Made by a program: the position numbers and the translations under genes. The notes under the pieces are model-generated. The model was not told where the DNA came from, did not search any database, and saw only the letters and a list, made by a program, of their open reading frames with translations. DNA of 64,000 bases, from NCBI GenBank assembly GCA_000146465.1, contig CP001944.1, one strand, 5' to 3'. Below, one piece after another: positions 29,403-37,399 of the stretch. Each line of letters starts with the position of its first letter. Positions within the stretch are counted from its first letter, which is position 1.

Positions 29403-31085
29403 ATGGGAAACTCAAAAGATAGCCTGAGGAGAAAGATAGAAGAAACCGAAACCCTACCTGAAAAAATGAACAAAGAAGATGGCCATGAGAATGAAGAAAC
29501 AGAGATAATGAGGAATAAATATCTCGAGGAGACTTGGGACCCAAGCGGGTTCAAGAAAGATTTAGAAACATATGGAGAAAAGGATATTATGAGGTTTATC
29601 AAGTTCAATACTGGAGGGATGAGAGGGCTGATGAGGAGTGGATTCAATGGAATTAATGAGGTTACATGTAACCTTATCGGAACTGAGCTATGCAAGAGAT
29701 TTTCTAGTATTGTGATAGGATGCGATGGAAGATATAACTCATTGAATTACGCCATTCTACTAAGAGAGATATTCAGAATTAATGGAAAAGAAGCCAGCCT
29801 GTATCCGGAAGTGGTGACCCCATTTCTTGCCTTTCTTATACCCAAGCTTGGGGCCAGCTGTGGAGTAATGGTCACGGCATCTCACAATCCAAAGGAATAC
29901 AATGGCTTCAAGGTGTATACATCTAAGGGAAGCCAGATAGGACCACCACTAGATAGGGAAATAGAAGACTCTATGAAGATGCTTGATTTGACAGAACTCG
30001 ATAAAGAGGGAGAGCTTTCAAATATATTCAGTCGAATGAAGGAGGAGAACAATGCCTTAAAGGAAGGAAAGACGCTCCTTTCGGGAAGAGTTGCAGATCT
30101 AGTGGATACTAATACTTGGGAGAGGAGTAAGCTTATAGATGCCTACAACAGATGGATGTTTGAAAATTGGGGCGATGAAATAGTCCAACGGATCCGAAAC
30201 ACCAAACCTTTAGTTCCTATAGTTTTCACAGGACTTTGTGGGGTTTCTGGGGAGTTTGTAAAAAAAGCTCTAAAGTTCTATGGGTTAGACGGCTTGGTGC
30301 ATTTTATCGAAGAGGAATGCATTCCAAACCCCAATTTTCCAAGGCTTCCTTTCCCAAATCCCGAGGTTACAGAAACTCTTGAGCAGTCTAAGGCATCTGA
30401 TCTAGCAGATATTGTATTTTCATGCGACCCGGACGGAGACAGATTTGGGCTTTCCGAAAGGATCGATGGAGAATGGGTCGACTACAACGGAAACGAGATA
30501 GCAGCAATGTTCATGTACTTCTTCGTTGAGAATTTTGAACCATCGAGCCTTGCCTTTGTAAATACTCATCTGTGCAACGACCTTATGGAAAAGGTCTGCT
30601 TGGACCACGGGATCAAATACCTGCGTACAGAGACGGGATTCAAAAATGTTAGCCGAGCTGTTGATTCTGTTGAAGAAAAGAAGGTGTTTGCCTATGAAGA
30701 TTCTCTTGGATTTCTGTTTGGAAATGGAAAGGAAAAAGATGGGATCAAATGTGTAGTTCTTATGGCGCATATGGTTCAGAAAGAGCTTCCAAGCCAGATC
30801 CTGAAGAAGATGGAAAGGTATGGAAGCTTCAGTTCGGTAAACATTCATGTGAGGTGTGCTGATCCTGGAAGGGTCTTAAAACGAGTTCTTAAGAAGCTTC
30901 CAAATGTAAAAACAGAAGGAAAGAGAAGCATGGTGGAATTTAGTGACTACAAGGTAACATTGAGAATAAGCGGAACTGAGTCTATGCTGAAAATTTATAC
31001 AAGCTCTAGACAACTGGATAAGAAAGGTCTTAGCAAAGCCGCAGAAGATTTTACTAAGAAGTATGTCAGGGACGAAGTACTCTAA
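29403..31085 (+). CDS. Phosphoglucomutase (alpha-D-phosphohexomutase family, PGM2-like)
   Basis: Active-site GVMVTASHNPKEYNGFKVY (phosphoserine loop TASHNP), Mg-binding CDPDGDRFG and a GCDGRYNS loop. Length 560 aa. Confidence 0.85.
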   Translation: MGNSKDSLRRKIEETETLPEKMNKEDGHENEETEIMRNKYLEETWDPSGFKKDLETYGEKDIMRFIKFNTGGMRGLMRSGFNGINEVTCNLIGTELCKRFSSIVIGCDGRYNSLNYAILLREIFRINGKEASLYPEVVTPFLAFLIPKLGASCGVMVTASHNPKEYNGFKVYTSKGSQIGPPLDREIEDSMKMLDLTELDKEGELSNIFSRMKEENNALKEGKTLLSGRVADLVDTNTWERSKLIDAYNRWMFENWGDEIVQRIRNTKPLVPIVFTGLCGVSGEFVKKALKFYGLDGLVHFIEEECIPNPNFPRLPFPNPEVTETLEQSKASDLADIVFSCDPDGDRFGLSERIDGEWVDYNGNEIAAMFMYFFVENFEPSSLAFVNTHLCNDLMEKVCLDHGIKYLRTETGFKNVSRAVDSVEEKKVFAYEDSLGFLFGNGKEKDGIKCVVLMAHMVQKELPSQILKKMERYGSFSSVNIHVRCADPGRVLKRVLKKLPNVKTEGKRSMVEFSDYKVTLRISGTESMLKIYTSSRQLDKKGLSKAAEDFTKKYVRDEVL

Positions 31086-31143
31086 GTCTACCAACTTCTA
31101 CTTTGGAGCAAGAACAACTCGAAGAGATCATGTATCTTCTGTA

Positions 31144-31674
31144 TTAAATTGTTTTACTTGAGCCGTGGCTTTTTTGGCAATGCTTGAACCAGCCAAATCT
31201 TGTAGACCTTCCACTTGCTTTATGGCCTAACACTATCCATTTACTGCAAATCGTACAGAATCCTTCTGTTCTGTTTCCAACATGTCTTACCTGAGGCTCG
31301 GGATACCTCGACCCTTTTGAGCTTATTCCATGCTTATAGTTCATATGATACCAATAACTACTTGTTTTTAATTTGAGCCACAAGTTGCACATCCCACAAT
31401 ATCCCTCCCTCAATTTTCCGGCTCCCCTAACTTTCTTGGGCTTGTATATATCGCCATCCTCTGGTTGTCTTTTGATCTCCCTAGGCCATGGAGACAGAGC
31501 TCCGATGGCATCAACTGTGATTTCCCGGAGCAGGTCATTACCATTTAATTCTGTAGGAGAGTAGATGTCGTCCAACTCATAGAACTCCCGAGGATCCAGA
31601 AGTACCTCGGACACATAAGGGGTGTCCAGCAGTAAAAACTCATCCAGATAAAGTACACTCCTACTCGAACTCAT
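31144..31674 (-). CDS. Hypothetical protein with two C2H2-like zinc-finger motifs
   Basis: YCGMCNLWLKLKTSSYWYHMNYKH (C-x2-C-x12-H-x4-H) and FCTICSKW...WFKHCQKSH (C-x2-C-x21-H-x4-H). The rest is unassigned. Confidence 0.45.
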   Translation of the reverse strand: MSSSRSVLYLDEFLLLDTPYVSEVLLDPREFYELDDIYSPTELNGNDLLREITVDAIGALSPWPREIKRQPEDGDIYKPKKVRGAGKLREGYCGMCNLWLKLKTSSYWYHMNYKHGISSKGSRYPEPQVRHVGNRTEGFCTICSKWIVLGHKASGRSTRFGWFKHCQKSHGSSKTI

Positions 31675-31774
31675 TGTATTTTATGCTTGTTGGAAAATAA
31701 AAGTTACATCTTTAGATTTAGATTCACCTAAGAAAATGAATGGATATTGATCCTGGGTTTCTGGGAAAAAAAAG

Positions 31775-31847
31775 CTCTCCCACCGGGATTCGAACCCGGG
31801 TCACCCGCGTGACAGGCGGATATGATATACCACTACACTATGGAAGA
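31775..31847 (-). tRNA. tRNA-Asp (anticodon GUC)
   Basis: Minus-strand read: TCTTCCA-TA-GTGTAGTGGTATATCATA-TCCGC-CTGTCAC-GCGGG-TGAC-CCGGG-TTCGAAT-CCCGG-TGGGAGA-G. The anticodon arm CCGCCTGTCACGCGGG is the canonical tRNA-Asp GTC. Acceptor pairs 7/7 with one G-U. Poly-T (A8 on the plus strand, 31764-31771) lies immediately downstream. Confidence 0.85.
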
Positions 31848-31960
31848 TGCTAAGCAAATCCAGGAAGCCCAAGTCTCTTCGGAAACCCAGAAACATTTCA
31901 GACAAAATCTAGATCACAATCCCATAGAAGTAGTCAGAGACCATATCCCTTTACCTTTAG

Positions 31961-32227
31961 ATGTATCCCCTGACTCTCTTGAGAATATCAAGAAACAAAA
32001 TAGTAGAGCTGGAGCTGAAGAACAACGATCATTTGAGAGGGCTCCTTTACAAATGCGATATGGCAATGAATCTCCATCTCAAAAGTGTTACCATCCAGAA
32101 GGAAGACGGGAGTTCTATCTTCATTAATGAGTGCTATCTAAAAGGAACATCCATTAAGCTTGTGAAGCTGGAATCGAAGATTCTCTTGGAACAAAGAGAA
32201 GAGAGTGTGTCTAGTAATAAAATATGA
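31961..32227 (+). CDS. Sm-family snRNP core protein (SmD1-like)
   Basis: Sm1 motif IVELELKNNDHLRGLLYKCDMAMNLHLKSVTIQ (compare SmD1 [29 protein letters not shown]). Sm2-like SIFINECYLKGTSIKLVKL. Confidence 0.7.
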   Translation: MYPLTLLRISRNKIVELELKNNDHLRGLLYKCDMAMNLHLKSVTIQKEDGSSIFINECYLKGTSIKLVKLESKILLEQREESVSSNKI

Positions 32228-33130
32228 CTAATTTTTATCTGGTGAAGATCTCCACTGCCAAAACATTCCTATGAACGAGGTTATTATCCATACGCTTAAC
32301 GGGGCAGGTAAAGATGAAACCTCTAGATACTTAGTATCTTCCAGGTCCAGAATCAAGTCATAGAACCCTAGGGCATAGTTTTCAGTGATAAGTTCGATTG
32401 ATACCAACAATATAAGAGATCCGGTAACGGCAAACAAGAGAATAAGCAGGTACTTTACCATTCTTCTTGTTACATAATATAGAATTACAAAAGATCCCAG
32501 AAATAGGGTATAGAAGATTTCCGGATCTGTCTCCTTGTATTTCTCAAAGCCTATATGAAAAAACATCCTGTATATAACATAAAGCCCGGCAACAAACAGT
32601 AGGCCACTAGCTATTTCTAGAAACCACACAAGAGCAGATGCCAGAAAGAGGGAGACAACCCATAAGGAAACGGGATCGGTGCTACTCCCTCCAAGTAGAT
32701 CTTTAGAACCTTGCAATATATCTGGAGGAATGTGGTATGTCTGCACTGTCTTTGGTGAGATAGAATTAATACCTTCCTTTATATCGCAGAAGTTGTAGTA
32801 AACTATTGCAGCTATGTATGGTGCCAGGGATATTCTTGGAAAGCGGATGCCGTAGAAGGTCACGAAAAACGACCCTGCAAGTATGGCCCATGCCCCTATG
32901 GAGCTTGGGAAGAACATGTCCTCATAATAGCCCACAAAGTCGTTGATAAGTTCAAATAAGAAGTAGCACGATACCTTTCTTATAAGGAGAAAGGAAAAGA
33001 TAATCTTCATCAATTTTCTGTAACCTAACAACGAAATTATTCCCATCAGTAAAAACTTTCTGTGTTTCAGATGGTGGGGTCTAAACAAATAGTCTTGAGT
33101 AGGAAACAATTTAATATGAGACTTTGTCAT
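32228..33130 (-). CDS. Hypothetical polytopic membrane protein
   Basis: 300 aa with about 8 hydrophobic helices. Its ATG overlaps the stop of the SPCS1-like gene (ATGA). Unassigned. Confidence 0.45.
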   Translation of the reverse strand: MTKSHIKLFPTQDYLFRPHHLKHRKFLLMGIISLLGYRKLMKIIFSFLLIRKVSCYFLFELINDFVGYYEDMFFPSSIGAWAILAGSFFVTFYGIRFPRISLAPYIAAIVYYNFCDIKEGINSISPKTVQTYHIPPDILQGSKDLLGGSSTDPVSLWVVSLFLASALVWFLEIASGLLFVAGLYVIYRMFFHIGFEKYKETDPEIFYTLFLGSFVILYYVTRRMVKYLLILLFAVTGSLILLVSIELITENYALGFYDLILDLEDTKYLEVSSLPAPLSVWIITSFIGMFWQWRSSPDKN

Positions 33131-33390
33131 TCTTTTTTGTCTTTAACAGGTGCCCGGAACTTCAGTGGATTTCGGCGGTAAAATCTCCAGGACGGAACCA
33201 CAACAATAATCGAGATGATTAGGGTTGCAATACTTATATACATCGTGTATGCAAGGTCATTGAGCACAACTCCAACTATAAGCCCCAAAGTGTATCCAAC
33301 TCCAAATATAAGATACATAAGGTCGGATGCCAGTTTTTGGCCTACGTAGTCCGCTGGCGGGTCTATCTTCGACAGAAAGGATTTATACAT
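33127..33390 (-). CDS. Signal peptidase complex subunit 1 (SPCS1/Spc1-like)
   Basis: DYVGQKLASDLMYLIFGVG...VVVPSWRFYRRNPLKFRAP matches SPCS1 (DYKGQKLAEQ...LPPWPIYRRHPLKWLP). Two TM helices. Confidence 0.7.
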   Translation of the reverse strand: MYKSFLSKIDPPADYVGQKLASDLMYLIFGVGYTLGLIVGVVLNDLAYTMYISIATLIISIIVVVPSWRFYRRNPLKFRAPVKDKKE

Positions 33391-33411
33391 TTCAGGGTTT
33401 GCAAAAAATTT

Positions 33412-33684
33412 CTATAAAGCCCTATCTGCTCCCAGAATCGAGTCTCCGGTAATGTTCTTGTCTCTCCTGTAGATATAGACAAATGGAACTGCCGTACAAA
33501 ATGCAAGATGTCCGATAGATAACAGCGAACATCCTCCTGCTATTATCTTTTTGATTCCGTTAGGGATTTGTCCAACAGATTTTTCGATGTGGTAGTAGAT
33601 AACTATTGGAATCTTCTTTATTACCGGAAATTCCTCATATTCCCTTGTGGCCTTGCTCTGAAGTTTGGTATCCTGTTCCATCAC
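33412..33684 (-). CDS. Hypothetical small membrane protein
   Basis: 90-aa ORF with one or two hydrophobic segments. Follows the SPCS1-like gene on the same strand. No family assignment. Confidence 0.3.
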   Translation of the reverse strand: MMEQDTKLQSKATREYEEFPVIKKIPIVIYYHIEKSVGQIPNGIKKIIAGGCSLLSIGHLAFCTAVPFVYIYRRDKNITGDSILGADRAL

Positions 33685-33731
33685 AAGGGTCTTGGAAGAT
33701 CCCCATTTTAGTTTTGTGATAGAAGGTATCT

Positions 33732-35507
33732 CTATACCTCCTCTTCATCACTTGTTACCACCTTCATATTATTTTCTGTACCGTAATGGAGCGCCAAAGC
33801 ACCACTCACAAGAAAGAAGAACGTCATTACTATCAGCATGAGTATACAGGCCTGTATCCCAGTTCCATCAAGCCCTCGAAGCTTAATCTGCTCCTCTCCA
33901 GTAGTACGTGCATAAGAGCTCTCAAAAACAACTCCATTTAGTTGGTTTTGGAACGATGCTTTGACTGCATAGTACATAGGCGAAAGCCAAACCATCCATC
34001 TAAGATATTCAGGTATTGTATTTGGATTGTTGAAAGATCCGCTATAGATCAGAAAAACAAGCAGACCCATCGGTCCAAATACCTGAGAGTTACTTTGCGA
34101 AGACGTCATTGCGCCAATGGCCAAGGAGTATGCTATGCTGAACAAGATCAGAGAATTTGTAATGGCCAGAAATGTTAGAAAAGTTTTTAGATCGGAATTG
34201 AGTCCCATCATCCAGTATATTATCACTACATAAGGCTCCTCTATTATAAAGTTCATGAGAATTTCCGAACAGTACTTAGCCATAAATGCCGTGACTCCTG
34301 AATACATTCCAGACCTCCTCTCTCTGAGTATCACTTTTCTCTCATATGGAAATATGCTGAATATAGGATTACATATTCCAAAAACAGTATTCGTTAGAAT
34401 AAATGTTATGCCTCCTAGTCTAGTATATATGCTTTCTACAGAATACCCTATGTTGAGGAAGGCAAATCCAAATACAACCATGAAAAATATCTTCTGGAAA
34501 GCCTTCACTTTCAGATAGTTGATATTCCTGATGTAGTTCTTCAAGTTCCTGTTCAAAAGAAGCAGAAAACCAAGGGACAACTTGTTCTCACTACTTTTCC
34601 CCCTAACCTCCTCATGAAGCTTCGCCTCCAGATTCTTCTTTTTCTTTCTCCACTCGTTAGTTATATGGGAGATCGTTCTCAGGCTTTTCTCTTCCTTATC
34701 TTTTGTTCTCGTGTCCAGACTTATTGTCTTCAGAAAAAAGTCCATTGGATTTGTAAGCTCGGGAAGCCGATATCCACATTCCTCAAAAAACGCAATACAG
34801 CTTTTGATATCTCCATCATAGACAATGTTACCCATCGTCATCAGAATAAACTTGTCGAAAAAATTCATCATCTCATAGGATGGCTGGTGGATGGTTACTA
34901 AAATAGTTTTTCCCATCTTAGACAAGTCCCTGAGCAGACTAAGGATATTCAAGGCATTAAATGAGTCCAGCCCACTAGTGGGTTCGTCACAAAACAATAT
35001 AGGGGGATTCCCCAGTAACTCAACACCTATTGAAACCCTCTTTCTCTCCCCTCCAGACAAGTTTGCTATATACTTGTTCTTGGAATTGCTCAATCCAAGA
35101 AGTGCTATTATTTCTTCTATTCTGTTCTTTACCTTTTGCTCCTCTCCCTCACTTTTTATCTTTATCTTCGACGAAAATAGAAGTGTCTCATAAACCGTCT
35201 GATACTCGTATGCGTGGAATTCCTGTTCAACATATCCAATAAAATTCCCCCAACTATTCTTGGACCTCTGGCACGAATTCAGGAAAATCTCTCCACTAAG
35301 ATCCATATCAGAAGAGATCCTTCCAGCCAGTGAGTTCATTAGAGATGACTTTCCTGCCCCACTAGTCCCCATCAAAGCCGTCATCGTTGAAGGCTCAATC
35401 ACCCCACTAACCCCCTTCAGAATGGTATTCCTTGCTCCACCTAGTCCCTTTGAAGCCAGCCTTAAGTTTTTCCAAAGAAGTTCTGCTTTCTCTGATTCTA
35501 CTTGCAT
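33732..35507 (-). CDS. ABC transporter, ABCG (White-type) half transporter (NBD-TMD)
   Basis: N-terminal NBD with Walker A GTSGAGKSS, signature LSGGERKRVSIG and Walker B LFCDEPTSGLDS. A C-terminal 6-TM domain follows. Reverse NBD-TMD order defines ABCG. Confidence 0.85.
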   Translation of the reverse strand: MQVESEKAELLWKNLRLASKGLGGARNTILKGVSGVIEPSTMTALMGTSGAGKSSLMNSLAGRISSDMDLSGEIFLNSCQRSKNSWGNFIGYVEQEFHAYEYQTVYETLLFSSKIKIKSEGEEQKVKNRIEEIIALLGLSNSKNKYIANLSGGERKRVSIGVELLGNPPILFCDEPTSGLDSFNALNILSLLRDLSKMGKTILVTIHQPSYEMMNFFDKFILMTMGNIVYDGDIKSCIAFFEECGYRLPELTNPMDFFLKTISLDTRTKDKEEKSLRTISHITNEWRKKKKNLEAKLHEEVRGKSSENKLSLGFLLLLNRNLKNYIRNINYLKVKAFQKIFFMVVFGFAFLNIGYSVESIYTRLGGITFILTNTVFGICNPIFSIFPYERKVILRERRSGMYSGVTAFMAKYCSEILMNFIIEEPYVVIIYWMMGLNSDLKTFLTFLAITNSLILFSIAYSLAIGAMTSSQSNSQVFGPMGLLVFLIYSGSFNNPNTIPEYLRWMVWLSPMYYAVKASFQNQLNGVVFESSYARTTGEEQIKLRGLDGTGIQACILMLIVMTFFFLVSGALALHYGTENNMKVVTSDEEEV

Positions 35508-36621
35508 GGGCTCAAATAAATTACAGAATTACAATCCATGGAACGTACCCCAGATGCCTGAGGGTATAAAGTCCCTGTTTGAGGGCCAGGAAGTATTTGT
35601 GGTGGTAGACGACACAAAAGTAAGAGTTCGGAAGGAAGAAATATCTACCGAAGGCAATTGCAAAAGGGAGGGAATCATTAGAGACATCCCCTTGATTGAA
35701 ATACGTTCTCTACATGTGAAAAACGATGAGGGATTCTTCTTGAAGTTAAGGTTGCTTGAGGAGACTATCATATTCAAGTTTGATAGCCACCATTCTAGAG
35801 ATATTATCAAGTCAATGATCCTTTCGTTTATGAAGACTGATCAGGACGTGATAAGGAAAATCTTGGAGTCGGATCCTGCTGTAAAGACAATGTTTAACAA
35901 TCTAAAACAATGTATTTCCTCTTCCAAGTTCTGGACAATCAACAAGGACAGGATGAGACAGATGATGCCTATAGTTCGGCAGCAGCCGTCAAGAGAAATA
36001 GAGGTTGACGAAAAGACTTTTATCTCTTCGCTAGACCCTGTGCTTCTAAATATATTTGGACAAATGAATTGCTCCGTAAACCAATTTTATAATCTTCTTA
36101 GGCAATCATACTTTTGTAACACCAAGAATGAAAAGAACAGCCTTGACCGGATGATTAACTCGGCAGTAAGAGATTATGAGGTCCGGCAGGATTTTGCTTC
36201 AAGAATCAACACCCATTCTGTTCTGGCTCTAAAACCTATAGAAGATGTGGAAATTCGTCCAAGCACAAAAGAGGGAAGGAAGGTGGAGTTTCTCCCCATA
36301 TATCCATTTGAGGAGGAGAAGCCAGAAAAGCCAAGGAGAGAGTTCCGGTTTGATAGACACCCGCTAAAGTGTGAATTGGATCTTGAGATTGTACCTATGA
36401 CAGAGAAGAAGATGTTTGAAAAGAAAGATCTTGTCTGGATCAGAGACTTGTCGAAAGTTGTGTACAAATCAATGAAGGAGGAAGATGGAGCATTTCTGGA
36501 CGAAGTATCCGAAATCACCAAAAGATTTCTGGATAATATGGAAAGGAAGTATGGGAAAGGATGTGATGTTTACCTCAAAAGAATTCTTCCAACTTATTTT
36601 ATTGAGGGGAAGAACAAATGA
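35506..36621 (+). CDS. Possible TFIIH subunit p62/Tfb1-like protein (PH-like N-domain plus BSD-like motifs)
   Basis: The N-terminal ~110 aa fits the p62 PH-domain pattern (IPLIEIRSLHVKNDEGFFLKLRLLEETIIFKFDSHHSRDIIKSMIL versus [35 protein letters not shown]). Two FW/FY-containing BSD-like stretches follow. The listed ORF start (35260) overlaps the ABCG gene and was trimmed to the ATG at 35506. Confidence 0.45.
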   Translation: MGSNKLQNYNPWNVPQMPEGIKSLFEGQEVFVVVDDTKVRVRKEEISTEGNCKREGIIRDIPLIEIRSLHVKNDEGFFLKLRLLEETIIFKFDSHHSRDIIKSMILSFMKTDQDVIRKILESDPAVKTMFNNLKQCISSSKFWTINKDRMRQMMPIVRQQPSREIEVDEKTFISSLDPVLLNIFGQMNCSVNQFYNLLRQSYFCNTKNEKNSLDRMINSAVRDYEVRQDFASRINTHSVLALKPIEDVEIRPSTKEGRKVEFLPIYPFEEEKPEKPRREFRFDRHPLKCELDLEIVPMTEKKMFEKKDLVWIRDLSKVVYKSMKEEDGAFLDEVSEITKRFLDNMERKYGKGCDVYLKRILPTYFIEGKNK

Positions 36622-36662
36622 CATGGCATCTTCTCAAGCATTATTAGGATTTTCCCCAGTCC

Positions 36663-37361
36663 TTGGTATTTGAAATGGACCAGGAGGACAAGATAGTATT
36701 TTCAAGTAAGGAGGTCAAGGAGTTTCTGGGAATCAAATTCATCACTGAATCGTGTGTGCTTCTGAGACTCTCCTACCAGGTGAGATACAAAGCATTGGTG
36801 CTGTTTTATAACTTTTGCGAGGAAATAGATCTTGTAGACCTATGCACGGCTTCCATTCTTTTAGCCTCAAAATTAGAAGAGGAGGTTTGCACTCTGAAGA
36901 AGGTGATATATGTCTTCAATTATCTTTACACAAAATATGAATCAAAGGCTGCTCCACTAACAAACAGACAATCCATAAGGCTCAAAGAAGGATGTGTAAT
37001 TGCCGAGACACGGATTTTGAAGTCATTAGGGTTTGATGTGTCTTTTGAAGATGTGTATTGTGACTTTGTTGAATTCCTCCAGACAATGGATCTTCCGATA
37101 GATTTCATAGACAAGGCCATCCAGGTTTTTAACACAATGATACAATGGCCTGAGGTGAAGCTCCTAGACTCCAAATCCCTGGCCAAAGCTACAATAGAAT
37201 CGTTATTTGGGCAAAACAAGGAATTCAAAGACTTTGTCTCAAGATATAATATGTTCCAAAAGAAAAAGTTCGATTTACAGACATACAAAGAAATCCCTAC
37301 CATAAGAAACATAGACGAAGGACTGGTTGCAGACTTTGCTAAGAGACAGAAGCGAAGATAA
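36663..37361 (+). CDS. Transcription-type cyclin (cyclin C/H/K family)
   Basis: Cyclin box: RLSYQVRYKALVLFYNFCEEIDLVDLCTASILLASKLEEE. Length 232 aa. The subfamily is not resolvable by eye. Confidence 0.7.
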   Translation: MVFEMDQEDKIVFSSKEVKEFLGIKFITESCVLLRLSYQVRYKALVLFYNFCEEIDLVDLCTASILLASKLEEEVCTLKKVIYVFNYLYTKYESKAAPLTNRQSIRLKEGCVIAETRILKSLGFDVSFEDVYCDFVEFLQTMDLPIDFIDKAIQVFNTMIQWPEVKLLDSKSLAKATIESLFGQNKEFKDFVSRYNMFQKKKFDLQTYKEIPTIRNIDEGLVADFAKRQKRR

Positions 37362-37399
37362 ACACCAGTAAGGGAATAAAATAAGGTGAAGGCGGCTGT

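Noticed and set aside
31822-32127. 101-aa plus-strand ORF starting inside tRNA-Asp and overlapping the SmD1-like gene in another frame
   Set aside because: The SmD1-like frame (31961..32227) has clear Sm1/Sm2 motifs, whereas this frame has none and begins inside the tRNA.
35260-35505. N-terminal extension of the p62-like ORF overlapping 246 bp of the ABCG gene on the opposite strand
   Set aside because: The same logic applies. The homologous PH-like region starts after the ATG at 35506.
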